A DNA stretch of 63,635 nucleotides, counting the filler, from Octopus bimaculoides (lineage: Eukaryota), in NCBI RefSeq assembly GCF_001194135.2. It is 3 parts of 3 records of this genome, joined end to end, with 100 filler letters (N's around TTAATTAATTAA, not from the genome) between each part and the next. Parts side by side here need not be neighbours in the genome. Positions count along the whole stretch, not along the records: positions 1 to 27,136 come from NC_068992.1; 2 more parts are not named here. One strand, written 5' to 3'. A program made the position numbers and the translations under genes. Positions 13,930 through 26,249 of the stretch are shown here, piece after piece. Each line of letters opens with the position of its first letter. The first letter of the stretch is position 1. The notes under the pieces were generated by a model that made no database searches, was not told the DNA's origin, and saw only the letters and a program-made list of their open reading frames with translations.

Positions 13930-14792
13930 CGGTTCTACCGAAAGCAATGCAAGGTGGATATAATTTTTATTAGCTTACATAAATCATTCAAATTGCGCAT
14001 ATCAATAGAGCGCCTCTTCCACTATACAAAAGTTCTATCCATCTCAATCTCTACCAGAAACGATGCATTTGTGCCACCATTGAAATCAACTCTTGAATCC
14101 GCTTTGGAAAATTCAAGGGTGTACTATTGCAGTCGTGTCTTTACAGTCCATTCCATGAATTGAGCCATTGATTCCCGATCATAAAAATACGTTTAGTAAC
14201 ATGCACTAAACGTCCATGTTACTAAATAAAAACAGCGTGTTTTCATTGGATTCAAAAACTTCCAGTAGTTCAGAGTAGACTTCCACTCTTCTCGCATTTA
14301 GATTAGACAGCAACGGCTGAGGTACACACTTTTCGATATCCAAAGTTTCCCATCAATTTCTGTAATGCGTTGTAACTACATTCCATTTATGCTGTAAGCT
14401 CAAGAATTGTGAGTTGTCTGAAATCAATTCGTTCACTTGTTGGAGATTATGCGTCAATGGTCATAGATGATGGTGTCTCACTGTGTGGTTTGTCTTCCAT
14501 ATTAGTTTACCTTCCTTTAAACTTTCTCATCCATCTGTTCACTTTGTTCTTGTAAATAATGTTATTTGTGTAAAAAAATTGTAGGCCTCTGTGATGCAGT
14601 ACAGTCTGCACTATTCTGTCATCAACAACTCAGTGATGAGTTGTTGCTACATCTGGGACCCCATTATTTGCCTTCAGTGAGAACAAGAAGGAAAGTCCTT
14701 AGATAGAGATAGAGAGAGAGAGTTATTCAATTTAAACAACTTATAGCATTTAATAAAAAAGCATATGCCCACTTTTGTATTACTTTTGGTAC
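13930..14792 (-). mobile_element. Decayed mariner element
   Basis: TIR-like end ttacttttggtacacccctca (14771-14790). Minus-strand remnants LTILELTA...LMGNFGYRKVC and ...QFMEW. Confidence 0.65.
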
Positions 14793-15359
14793 ACCCCTCA
14801 TGAATCTTTCTTCATTGTGTTCATACGTATGTGTGTGTGTGTCCATCTCCACACAGACAGCTACAATTAACAATTTGCAAATGGGTTCACATTGGCAAAT
14901 TTTCCAAAGGTACCTATTGCTGTGAACGCGAGTTTATTAGTTCTATCAGTGACCCTCATATCCAAAGCATTCGTTTATTAATGATGTCTAATACTAACAG
15001 GTGCATAAGAAGAGAAAAGAAGAATCTCATCACTTGTGTATACACGCATAAACAAGCAAAGAACATGGGCTACAGTCAGCTTTCGCAGAGAGATAAGCAA
15101 AGTCTTTTAGACATTTCATGCAGTTAATCATGAAGATATTTTTCGATCCTTCTTAAAACATAAACTTGTCCCTTTATTACTATTCATTCTTTAAGTTTAA
15201 TCTTTTCCATAACTAATCTCACTCAAAGTAAACACTCAATACTCACATATGCAAATGATTTGTTTATTTCTTGCTTTTGCATTTGTAGTTCTGTTTAAAA
15301 ACTACATTTCTTCTATTTCTCTCACTTAAATTTCTCTAATAGTGTGTCAAGAAACAATA

Positions 15360-16185
15360 ACACAGAACATACTCCTCGCATTTACAATGTCTTCTGTTAC
15401 CGATTGCGACAATGCTATAAAGCCAGGAATAGCAGCTAATGTCAGCAATGAAGCTTGAAGAACGACTGAGACTGATAGATTGAAAAAAGTCAACTGGAGT
15501 CGACTGATGAACGACGGATTCGCATTTAACCGGAAAGTGTCAGTCAAGTTACACGTGGATATCATGGCAAACAACTACAGCTGCAGAGCAGGCAGAAATC
15601 TCAAACAGCAACACAAGTATTGGCTAGACCTCAGCCATACACACACTAGCAGTAGACATGATGTAATGTCAACTATGATGTAATTACTAGCGATGTAGCC
15701 AGAGGAGAGATTAGTCAGCTTTGCATTCGTCCAACAAGTTTTACTAGTAGTCCTCGACATCTGTACAAACAAACGGAGGATGCGATGGCATATGTTCACT
15801 GCTTTATACAGCAGTAAGTTATCATTACTTTCATCTGCAATTTCAAATGGAAAGAAATTCAAGAAGAGATCATTCCAAGTTAAAAATATTCCCACAGTCA
15901 TGAGCTACTTAAAACTGAAGTATATATAAATATTTGGACCAATCGGATAAATATCATAGAGTGGGGGAAAGAGACCTGCCAAATGCATACACGTATTGAT
16001 TATTAAAGATACTCCGTCACTGAACAGCTTGTTTTCTATTAGGAAAATGGCTAGCGAATGTGCATCGCTGTAGCAGATGTTATAGTATAACAAGCGTGAC
16101 ATCAAAGACAAAACATTCATAACATTTTTCAAGCTGTTCCAGTATGATTTCTTCGAAAGACATTGATGTGCCATCAGGTCCCTTC
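15360..16185 (+). pseudogene. Helitron Rep-domain remnant
   Basis: Plus frames give RPTSFTSSPRHLYKQTEDAMAYVH, ITFICNFKWKEIQEEI, IIEWGK and KRPAKCIHVLIIKD. These match the Helitron Rep consensus LPSSFTGSPRHM...QDAMAYVR...FITFTCNPKW.EI...IEWQKRGLPHAHIL. Multiple stops and frameshifts. Confidence 0.85.
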
Positions 16186-16942
16186 ATCCTATAAATGAAA
16201 CAAGAAGGGCAAAAACGAAGAAAGCAAAATATCTGTTATAAGGTTTGGCAGTATCATTGAAAGACTCCAACTGACGTGAATCGTTACTGTTATTGATTCT
16301 CTATAAAATACCAATTTTCAAATTCATTTAAAGGTCTCCAAAAGTGAAGTTTGCATCACCAACAGAGAGAAATGCTTTGAACTTGCATCTTTATAATATT
16401 GTGTCTCGCGGGATGTAACAGTGTTAGAAGCTATCGTATCTTTCGAATTCTCAGTGAAAAAATATTAGAAGACAATTCTTCGATGTGATTTGAACTCGGA
16501 ATGTGTGCATCACAACAAAACTAGAAAGTGTACTACCGATTCTAAAAAAGCTATTTTTTGTTACAATGGAATGCACTTTTAAAACTTGGAATAAGATTTG
16601 TAATTAGGTTTACGCATGTGAGTGAATTAATGTAGTTTTACCTCTGTGGGAAGTTGGCACTAGTAACAGGTGGATACAATCCTTCACAAATATTCTTTCG
16701 TCTTTCGGAAACGAGATATGTAAATTGAAAAAAATATATATAGAAACTAAAGGAAATTAATGACAAAATGAATCTTCCGCGAATATACACACAGAAGAAA
16801 ACAAGATAAAAAAAAAACAGTTACTGAGAATTAAATAGAGATTTATTCAAATATCATGAAAGAAAAGAACTAATTTATTTATAATTGTATGTTTGTGTGT
16901 GTGTACGCACGTGAGTGCGTGTGTGTGTGTGTACGCACGTGA

Positions 16943-16985
<43 letters not shown>

Positions 16986-17563
16986 GATTTTATAGAGTGA
17001 CTCGACTCAATCTAAAACTTTTTTCCGAACAACGACTACAGATTAGTTTCAATTCTCATTAGGCACTTTTACTGCCTCTTTTAGGCATTACTTACTTTCA
17101 ATAGTAGAATCGGTAGAGCTTCAAGCACAATGCTGTGCGTTTCATCTCCTTACGTTCTGAGTTCAACTCCCAATAAGCTCAATTTTGCTTTTCATTCCTC
17201 TGGGATCGACAAAATAAAGTACCAGTCGATGCTATTGACTAACCCTCTCTCAACAAATTTGAAACTTTTTTTATCTATATTAGAAACTTTCATTACTGAT
17301 AGCGGAAAAACTTCCCTCCGGGCGGTATTCTACTAGGGTGATTCATGTTTACTTGTAGGAAAGTGTAATGATGTGCATTTCTGCGTACATACATACATAC
17401 ATACATACATATATACATATATATATATTTATATATACATATATATATATANNNNNNNNNNNNNNNNNNNNNNNNNNNNNNNNNNNNNNAGAAAAACAAA
17501 AGACGAAGAACGGTGTATGAACAACAAGAGTATTAGTATGATGCTCGGGAAAAATGAAAAAGA

Positions 17564-17599
17564 CTTTTACGTTTCGAGCCTACGCTCTTCAACAGAAAG
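17564..17599 (-). ncRNA. Minimal type I hammerhead-like motif with variant core (CUGUUGA), in a Penelope-type pseudo-LTR fragment
   Basis: Minus strand reads CTTT CTGTTGA A GAGC GTAG GCTC GAAA CG TA AAAG: stem I CTTT/AAAG, stem II GAGC/GCTC, palindromic ACGT at stem III, GUA triplet. Confidence 0.55.
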
Positions 17600-17726
17600 G
17601 AATTAGAGAAAATAAACAGAGAGAATGAAAAAAACTTCTAGAGTTCAGCGGTCCGACATGGTGAATGTTATATATATATATATTATTTACATTATTTACA
17701 TTTAACGGATATTTGTCCTCATCTTG

Positions 17727-17758
17727 TTTCGGCTGATATACCCTCCAGACTTCATCAG
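17727..17758 (-). ncRNA. Degenerate hammerhead core lacking a cleavage site
   Basis: CTGATGA A GTCTG gagggtatat CAGCC GAAA, followed by CAAG instead of a stem III/NUH. Confidence 0.45.
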
Positions 17759-17825
17759 ATGTCTTGGGAAAATTTCAAACCTGGGTTCTCATTCCTAAGG
17801 TATTTTTCGATGTTATGATTATCGA

Positions 17826-18165
17826 GATTGACTTTGCCTTTCAACCTTTGGGGGTCTATAAATTAAGTACCAGTTGCGCACTGGAATCGATCTAATCGAC
17901 TGGCCCCCTCCTCCCAAATTTCGGGCCTTGTGCTTTGAGTAGAAAAGAATATAAAAGCGGTGAGCTGGCAAAAACGTTAGCACGCCGGGCGAAATGCTTA
18001 ACAGTATTTCGTCTGAATTTAAGTTCTGAGTTTAAATTCCACCGTGGTTGACTTTGTCTTTCATCTTTTAGGGGTCAATAAATTAAGTACCAGTTGAGCA
18101 CTGGGGTCGATGTAATCGACTAGCCCCTCCCCCAAAATGGCTGGCCTTGTGCCAAAATTTGAAAC
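17826..18165 (+). mobile_element. Two tandem SINE family A copies (one partial)
   Basis: gcggtgagctggcaaaaacgttagcacgccgggcgaaatgctt...gagtttaaattcc...ctttcatc...taaattaagtaccagtt, repeated. Confidence 0.8.
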
Positions 18166-18397
18166 CAATATATTACCTAACAATGTACGCTAAGTAAATT
18201 ATTTTTAATGAAAACAATAGAATAGAGGTGGTAGAGAGACAGAGACAACGCTGCAAGGGAAGAAAGTGAAAATGACTGTTCGGGGAAAAATAAAAAGCTT
18301 CAAATGGAATGACTCGGAAATGATTATGAACGAAGTAAGGGTAAAGCAAAACAAAGACAGAAGGAAGTTGAAAACAATTACCAATATATTCTTTTTT

Positions 18398-18605
18398 ACT
18401 CTAGGCACAAGGCCCGAAATTTTTGAGGAGGGGGCCAGTCTAGTAGATTGACCTCGGTATGCAACTGGTACTTAATTTATCGACCCCGTAAAGATGAAAA
18501 GCAAACTCGACCTCGGCGGAATTTGAACTCAGAACGTAAAGACAGACGAAATATCGTTAAGCATTTTGCCCGGCGTGCTAACGTTTCTGCCATCTTGCTG
18601 CCTTC
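18398..18605 (-). mobile_element. SINE family A copy
   Basis: High similarity to 26036-26249. Confidence 0.85.
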
Positions 18606-18763
18606 AAATACCAATGTATAATAGTTGATAATGATCACGAAAGATATAGTATTAAAAATCACAAATATTTCCCAAATACTTTAAAAAAACAACTTAAAAT
18701 CACATTTTTTTGTAATGAAAATAATTGAATAGATGCGTTAGAGAGCGAGCGAGCGAGCGAGCG

Positions 18764-18823
<60 letters not shown>

Positions 18824-19072
18824 GTATGCCACAGTCTATAAAAATTTGTTTAGTGATTAATGACTGAGAATAAAATCTATTTTGCGATTGAAGCGTATAC
18901 TTGAATCTTTAATAATAAAACATGAAAGACTTATTTGGTAAAGCTATTAAAATTTGAATTTTTAAACATGTTTAAGATAGTTGTAGACAATGGAAACAGT
19001 ACTAATTGTTATCTTTCAGTAAAAATTACATAATTCAAACTAATCAATAAGAAACTTCGTTCATTATATTAA

Positions 19073-19560
19073 GTTCAAGTTACGTTGAAAGTCAACAAAT
19101 AAAATTTGCTTTAGAAGCGTTGTGATGTATTGGAAGATACAGATAAGGAAAAAATCTTTTTCTCAAACGCAGGATAATGCTAATAATATAGCATAAAATA
19201 TCCATATTTTGCAGAAAAATCTGTCGGCGGCCACCTATGAGACCCTAACTCACATTCCTGTGATTACGCATCAAGTGCTTTACCATTAAGCTAAACTGCC
19301 CCAATGACAAATTCTTCTGCAAATTTAGGATATATAAATCTAGCTTTATAAGACGCTATCGTACGTTAAATTCAGCTTACGATGAAAGTCAACAAAGTCT
19401 ACTTTAGGAGCGTTGAGATGTATTGAAAGATACAGATAAGGAAATAACTTTATTCTGAAACGCAGGATATTGCTAATAATATAGCATGAACAGAATAAAC
19501 TATCCATATTTTGCAGAAAAATCTGTCGGTGGCCAGCCATGAGACTCAAATTCACATCTC
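19073..19560 (-). mobile_element. Two tandem copies of a separate tRNA-headed SINE-like element; third copy at ~12770-12940 (+)
   Basis: 19073-19260 and 19372-19560 are similar to each other. 19229-19302 (-) folds as a degenerate tRNA with a CGT anticodon loop. The body ttttctgcaaaata...atgctatattattagca.tatcctgcgttt recurs at 12785-12848. Confidence 0.6.
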
Positions 19561-21465
19561 TGTGTAGTATAGATTTCACATCAGTAATGCAGTGACCTGG
19601 CAGAATTGTCTGAATGCTGGACAAAATGGTTAGCGGTGTTTCTTTCAGCTTCTGACGTTCTGTGTTGAAATCCCGTCAAAGTCGACTTTGGCTTTCATCC
19701 TTTCGAGGTCGATAAAACAAGTATCAACTGAGCATTGAGGATGATGTGATCAACTTCCATCTTCCCTCAAAATTACTGATCTTGAGCTAAAATTAGAAAG
19801 ACTTTCATTCATATCAGTAATGATATTTTGCAGCAAGTAAGAAAATTTTTTCTCGTTTTCGACGGTATCTGTGACACCATTTTGTATACAAAAAAGGTGA
19901 TGCAGTTTCAAACTGGACAAGCAACAACCTTTTAAATTTGGTAAACCAACGAAAAAAGAGGCTTCATATGTGATATATTGAACCTGCTGCGAATTATAAT
20001 CATCAGGTATTCAAATCTCACAATTCTGCCATTTTGCCTCAATCGGAAGTGGTCTTTGTCGTGTTTAAATGAAAAATAAATACCTCTCTATCATAGAGAA
20101 TACTCGTCAATTATTCTTTTACAAATTTCAGTTCATTTCTCTCTCCCAGTCTTCATAAATATATACAACGTTGTAAACTTAAGTGCTTCCACCACAGGTA
20201 GCCTCACATACAATCAGTGCCTTCTTATTCCAATATTCGTCACTCAGGTGGCAGACAGCGTCGTGTCTAGCTTGTGTTTTATAGTTTAACTCCTTTAACT
20301 CGGCGGTGGATTACTGATATGGTGACAGAAGAAAAATCACAGAAAATTAATTTATTACATGGGAGACAACACTGGTTTGAAACGAAAAGCAATCAATGAC
20401 AATATTCGACTGTGATGAGAAACAGTTTTAAAACAGAAAATTTAGTATCTCCTAACGAATAGTTATATAAGGGGTGGAAATTTTCGGTAAATACAATGTT
20501 ATTGCTCTCATAACCATAACATATAATCTGGACTGCGGGCCATGGTCATTGAACTCCTGCACACCACCAGAGATGCAAAGAATGCAGACTATATTCATTC
20601 GAGAAATCCCATATTCTGTCATATCACAAAAAATCTTCTAATAAGAAATCCAAGATTTTATAGGTCGTTATGCATGAAGATTTCGTTAATTTTCAAGCTA
20701 AACACGTATTAGCTTTTGTTTGAATTCATTGGAGCTCAGTTCCCTTTCCTCTGTTATTTCAGTATGATGCCAAACCGCAAGTTGTTACCCATGGCAACAG
20801 TACAACTAGTGCACAATTCAGTCTCTCAGCGTTTTTTTTTTTCCATTCAACGACATTAAATGTCACCGCTCTTTATCTCTTTGACCTTTTAGCGAGCTCC
20901 CGCGGCGAAAATGATGATTCAGTAAAATGAATCATCATATGACAAAACAAACTTTGTCACAAGTATTGAGTACTTTTCACTTTTTATAATCTCAAACACA
21001 CGTACAGACGCACACACGCACACACGCGGATACACATATATGACAAACATCTACGCAATCCCTTCACACACGCAAACACACACGAAGCATGCATATAAAC
21101 AGACAGACTGATATACAGACATGTAACATATCTATGTGCAGCAAAGATAGAAAGAAAAGTACAAATAATCTTATATATTATCCTCTTCTCGCATGCACAG
21201 CCAACAACTTCAAAACAGTTTCCATTGATTTGATAAATTGTCAATGAGAAATAACACGAAATATCGCTATTTTTCTAAAAACTCTGCCAATTCTTATATA
21301 TTTTGCTGTGTTTTCCGTCTATGTCTTTATTAACAGCAATGATACTAACTATCTGGCAATATTCCGATCTCTTCATGCCACAATAAATCACTAGGCACAT
21401 ATTTAAGAGAGAAACAGGTAGGATATATGGACAAGATTAGTATTGTTAATATGATTAATGTGATG

Positions 21466-22128
21466 ATGGCGGCGAGTTAGTAGAATCGTTTGCACGTCAG
21501 GAAAAAAAAAGCTCTTAACGGCATTTCGTTTGTCTTATGTTCTGAGCTCAAATACTACTGAGCTTGACTTTTCATCCTCTCGGGTTCGATAAAATAGGTA
21601 CCAGTTGACCACTGGGACTCAACGTAGTCGGCTAACCCTACCCCCAAATTGCTGGCCCAGTGCCAAAATTTGTAGATAATATTATTAACAGGACTATATT
21701 ATTAACGAGCTGCAACATCATCAGTTCGCCGGACAAAATGCTTAGTGGTGTTTCTTCCGACTTTACATTGCGAATTGAAATGCCGCTGGGCTCGACTTCC
21801 CTTTTAATCTTTTCGGGTATCAATAAAATAAGCACCAGCTGACCACTTGGGTCAATGTAATCGACTTACCTTACCCAACGAAATTGCTGGCCTTGCATTA
21901 AAAATTTGAAACTAGTATTCTTTTCTACTACAGACACAGGGCCTGAAATTTTTAGGGAGAGGGCTAGTCGATTACGTCGACCCCAGTGCGCACTACTACA
22001 CATTTTACCGACTCCGAAAAGATGAAAGGCAAAGTTGACCCCGGCGGAATTTATACTGAACGTAGAGACGGACGAAATACCACTCAGCATTTTTCTCGGC
22101 TTGCTGACGATTCTACCTGCTCGGCACA
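21466..22128. mobile_element. Cluster of three SINE family A copies (+, +, -)
   Basis: 21466-21672 (+), 21700-21912 (+), 21918-22128 (-). Confidence 0.75.
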
Positions 22129-22269
22129 TTAAAATTTGAAACTAATATTATTAAAAGGACTTCGAGAAATTTGCTTTTACGTCAATGCTTAAATTTACGG
22201 CTCTTCTTAATATGGCTTCATTTTGTCAAAAATAATTACGCTAATTAGCTAGATTGAGGTTAAATAATC

Positions 22270-22540
22270 CATGATGATGGCATGAGTGATTGTGTGGTAA
22301 GAAGCTTGCTTTGNNNNNNNNNNNNNNNNNNNNNNNNNNNNNNNNNNNNNNNNNNNNNNNNNNNNNNNNNNNNNNNNNNNNNNNNNNNNNNNNNNNNNNN
22401 NNNNNNNNNNNNNNNNNNNNNNNNNNNNNNNNNNNNNNNNNNNNNNNNNNNNNNNNNNNNNNNNNNNNNNNNNNNNNNNNNNNNNNNNNNNNNNNNNNNN
22501 NNNNNNNNNNNNNNNNNNNNNNNNNNNNNNNNNNNNNNNN

Positions 22541-22572
<32 letters not shown>

Positions 22573-22830
22573 TGTACATCTATGTGTGTATATCTTTGTG
22601 TTTGTGGTTTGCGCTTGTCCCTTACCAATGCTTGACAACCGGTGTTGATTTGTTTGCGTCCTCGTCGCATAGCGGCTCGTTAAAAGAGAACGATGGAATA
22701 AGTACCTGACTTAAGAATTTTTTCAAAGATAAATACTAGTGTTGATTTGTTCGACTAAACTTTCCAAGACAGTGCCCCAGCATGGCCGCAGTCTAATGAA
22801 TGAAACAAGAAAATGAAAAGATGAAGATAC
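22270..22830 (+). mobile_element. CORE-like SINE, family C (head, internal microsatellite, 3' part)
   Basis: gtggtaagaagcttgct head; cttgacaaccggtgttg...ccagcatggccgcagtc.aatga.tgaaacaag tail. Other copies at 26290-26670, 27940-28255, 38600-38760, 39370-39650, 44020-44165, 45880-46010, 54970-55130, 60240-60980 and 61000-61160. Confidence 0.7.
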
Positions 22831-23039
22831 TTAGTAGCTCTATAACAGATTCTGGTTTTCTCTTGGTGAAAGGTAAATCATTCTGCCCAACTGCAGCGGA
22901 GAATGTTTGTTTATTTTTTACAAACTACAAACTTCATCCTTCACCTTCTTGGTATGTGTCGTGTAAATATTACTGAAACTAAAACATCCCTTGTCTGGGA
23001 ATTATAATGAACCTACCTTAACTTGCAAGACCACACAAT

Positions 23040-23345
23040 AACTACCAGTCCAGGTCCTACTACCCGTCAGGCTGAGAAGAGCGAACTGTCAAAATATAGA
23101 TCTCTATCCGACAGGTTTATGGTCAAGCCTGTTGCAGTGGAGACCTCCGGCATTCTCGCCCTACGTCCGGCATTCTCGCTCTACCTCCGGCATTCTCGCC
23201 CTACCTCCGGACCATTTCCTTGTTCATCACTATCGTGGCCGAGATGGTTTTCCGCAAGAGCGAGCCCCGTGAGTCAGAGTGGCTGTTCTAGCGCATCTAC
23301 CTCGCCATCCTCCGAGGCAACGCATTTTCAAAGTGGTCTGAATCG
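23040..23345 (+). mobile_element. 3' remnant of a CRE/RLE-type non-LTR retrotransposon containing a 20-bp minisatellite
   Basis: AEKSELSKYRSLSDRFMVKPVAVETSGIL...EPRESEWLF*RI.LAILRGNAFS matches the recalled RLE tail E..K..KY......F.P.AVET.G...QR.S.A.QRGNA. CCTCCGGCATTCTCGCCCTA occurs ~3.3 times at 23144-23210. Confidence 0.7.
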
Positions 23346-23389
23346 CAAGAAATAGAGAGAATGTAGGAATCCCTCATTGGTTTACTGTC

Positions 23390-23830
23390 TGCTTTGTAGA
23401 TTCCCCGAGAAACAGGATAAACATGTCATCATTCTTAAAAACAGGACTCGAGACCTTGCTGCTACTGCTTAATTATGTAGAACACTTGCATCATCATTTA
23501 TTTTTGACATGGTTTCGTCGTTCTTCAACAAACTGAATATTATGGTGCAACTTTTGTGACAACTTTTGTGAAATAAAAGACGATTACACAATATGCCAAG
23601 ATAGAATGATATTTATGAGATCCTAATTGATAGTGCAATTCTTGAATTAGTTTTCTCTCTATTTTGGAACGAGGTTCTCCATTTTCATTAATAAATACAA
23701 CGAGGATTTCATTATTTGTAGGAAACTTATACCATCTGCTGTAAGGGTTTCGTCTGAATGGAGGGCACGATATTCATTAAACTGTATCTTCTCTTAGTGT
23801 ATGTGCTTGTCCTTCTAACTCTGTGAAGTA
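23390..23830 (-). pseudogene. Probable Helitron N-terminal-region remnant
   Basis: FPTNNEILVVFINENGEPRSKIER resembles the Helitron PT.NE.A.VF.NEDGEPP.ER segment. Frameshifted. Confidence 0.5.
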
Positions 23831-24003
23831 CCTATTTTTATATGTGTTTCAATGTATGGCTCAGGAAAAATCAAAATTCCTGGCAATCATATCGAAAGTG
23901 GTTTCCTTTACAAAAATCTGTAACTGCTTTCTTTGCGCGCGCGTGTGATTATGTGCATGTGTGGGCGNNNNNNNNNNNNNNNNNNNNNNNNNNNNNNNNN
24001 NNN

Positions 24004-24054
<51 letters not shown>

Positions 24055-26035
24055 CTACAAGACACAGAACTTGATTTCATACAAAAACAAGCCATGTTAA
24101 TTGACATAATGTACCTTAACAATATTTATTCTTTCCTTAACATCAGAAAAGGAATTCTTTGTTGGAATTTCATTCCCAAAGTGCTGTTTATGTGTTCAGT
24201 ATTGTTTAAGCAGACAGTAAACCATATTTTCTATATGATCAGCCCTTCCCAGAAGTCTCATACATATATTAATATATACATGTATACACATATATGTATG
24301 TGTGTATACTTATATATCTATGCATGTATGGTTATATATATATATATATATATAATAATTTTTTTCCAGAGGATGTAGCAACCGTTACCAATATAGCATA
24401 AGAACTTACCTTAGGAGATCATTAATTAGATTCCTTAAGGGTCGTTCTCACAGTTTATATTTATATCATAAGATTTTTAAACTTTTAAATTTTCATATTC
24501 AAAAGAGACAGAGACTTCAAATTCGATATATCGATTTATTCACCACTCTATGTTAACATTTCTGTGCCAAACTTATCCAGTGACTGGTCCATTGGATTTA
24601 GACGTTTGGCACTTCTTCAGGAGTGGTTACCTTTCGAACANNNNNNNNNNNNNNNNNNNNNNNNNNNNNNNNNNNNNNNNNNNNNNNNNNNNNNNNNNNN
24701 NNNNNNNNNNNNNNNNNNNNNNNNNNNNNNNNNNNNNNNNNNNNNNNNNNNNNNNNNNNNNNNNNNNNNNNNNNNNNNNNNNNNNNNNNNNNNNNNNNNN
24801 NNNNNNNNNNNNNNNNNNNNNNNNNNNNNNNNNNNNNNNNNNNNNNNNNNNNNNNNNNNNNNNNNNNNNNNNNNNNNNNNNNNNNNNNNNNNNNNNNNNN
24901 NNNNNNNNNNNNNNNNNNNNNNNNNNNNNNNNNNNNNNNNNNNNNNNNNNNNNNNNNNNNNNNNNNNNNNNNNNNNNNNNNNNNNNNNNNNNNNNNNNNN
25001 NNNNNNNNNNNNNNNNNNNNNNNNNNNNNNNNNNNNNNNNNNNNNNNNNNNNNNNNNNNNNNNNNNNNNNNNNNNNNNNNNNNNNNNNNNNNNNNNNNNN
25101 NNNNNNNNNNNNNNNNNNNNNNNNNNNNNNNNNNNNNNNNNNNNNNNNNNNNNNNNNNNNNNNNNNNNNNNNNNNNNNNNNNNNNNNNNNNNNNNNNNNN
25201 NNNNNNNNNNNNNNNNNNNNNNNNNNNNNNNNNNNNNNNNNNNNNNNNNNNNNNNNNNNNNNNNNNNNNNNNNNNNNNNNNNNNNNNNNNNNNNNNNNNN
25301 NNNNNNNNNNNNNNNNTATATATATATATATACATATATATATATAATGAGAATGGAGTGAGATGGCCATTTCGTTTTATTGCCTGTTTCTATAAATGTT
25401 CCGTCGATATTGAACCAGAAAATTATTACTGCAATATTATTAAATCACATGTCAGTATTATTTTACCAATACAAGAAAATATCGACTCGTCAGGTTCATG
25501 CATAAATCGATTTGCCGAAGGAACCCTTATTTCACAGGACATATATCCCTCGTTGAAGATGCTCTTATCATTTCATTAGCATATCATAGTCTAAACGAAA
25601 AACAAATACATAATAAACAACAAATCTAAGTCACCCGGTCAAAAAATAAATTGAATCGAAGAGAACAAATGAAGGGGAAATGAATAACTGAAGAAGTTAT
25701 CACATAAAATAGATAAGACGATATATCATTGTTTCTCCAGAATCATATATCTACTGTAGCTAGTGTCTTCTCTTTAAGACATTAGGGTGGATGACCGCAC
25801 AAATCAGTATTTTCTTTCTAATATCGCTATCCAAAGTTTTTTTTCCATCAATAGGTTTACAAGCGGGCTGCTAGGAAAAGATATTTATCATGTCCTTTCA
25901 CTTTCACGTACACACAGAAATGGACATTTTTCTGGACGGATAAAACAAGCTATTTCATAGCTGTGTTTTTTTTTTCCGACGTAATAAATTATAAGCCATG
26001 CAAATAAATAAAATAATGTAGAATGTTCAAGGAAT

Positions 26036-26249
26036 CTTTTCTACTTTAGGCACAAGGCCCGAAATTTTGGAGAAGGGAGCCAGTAGATTACATCGACCCC
26101 AGTATGCAACTGGTACTTAATTTATCGACCCCGAAAGGATGAAAGGCAAAGTCGACCTCGGCAGAATTTTGAACTCAGAACGTAAAGACAGAGTAAATAC
26201 CGCTAAGCCTTTCGCCCGGCGTGCTAAAGTTTCTGCCTTCTCGCCGCCT
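26036..26249 (-). mobile_element. SINE family A copy with a perfect 17-bp target-site duplication
   Basis: tagaatgttcaaggaat at 26019-26035 and 26250-26266. Minus strand has an A-box, a B-box-like GAGTTCAAAATTC, and GTCGACTTTGCCTTTCATCCTTTCGGGGTCGATAAATTAAGTACC, which resembles the MetaSINE central domain. Further copies at 19615-19790, 28678-28840, 30878-31084 and 59830-60000. Confidence 0.9.

Noticed and set aside
15347-16174. Three minus-strand ORFs in one frame (276 codons) separated only by two TAG codons, suggesting A-to-I UAG-to-Trp read-through
   Set aside because: The plus strand clearly encodes a decayed Helitron Rep domain. The minus frame is its antisense shadow and resembles no protein I recognise.
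16080-16188. Possible last GDPD exon (MKGPDGTSMSFEEIIL...) behind a strong acceptor
   Set aside because: Similarity to the GDE2 C-terminus is weak, it overlaps the Helitron remnant, and the linking exon was not found.
20546-20610. Minus-strand LWWCAGVQ resembling the GDPD WCLGVQ motif
   Set aside because: Immediately followed by a stop, with no splice sites or further similarity. Probably chance.
23144-23210. Short direct repeats as a CRISPR-like array
   Set aside because: Head-to-tail 20-bp minisatellite without spacers, inside a retrotransposon remnant in eukaryotic DNA.
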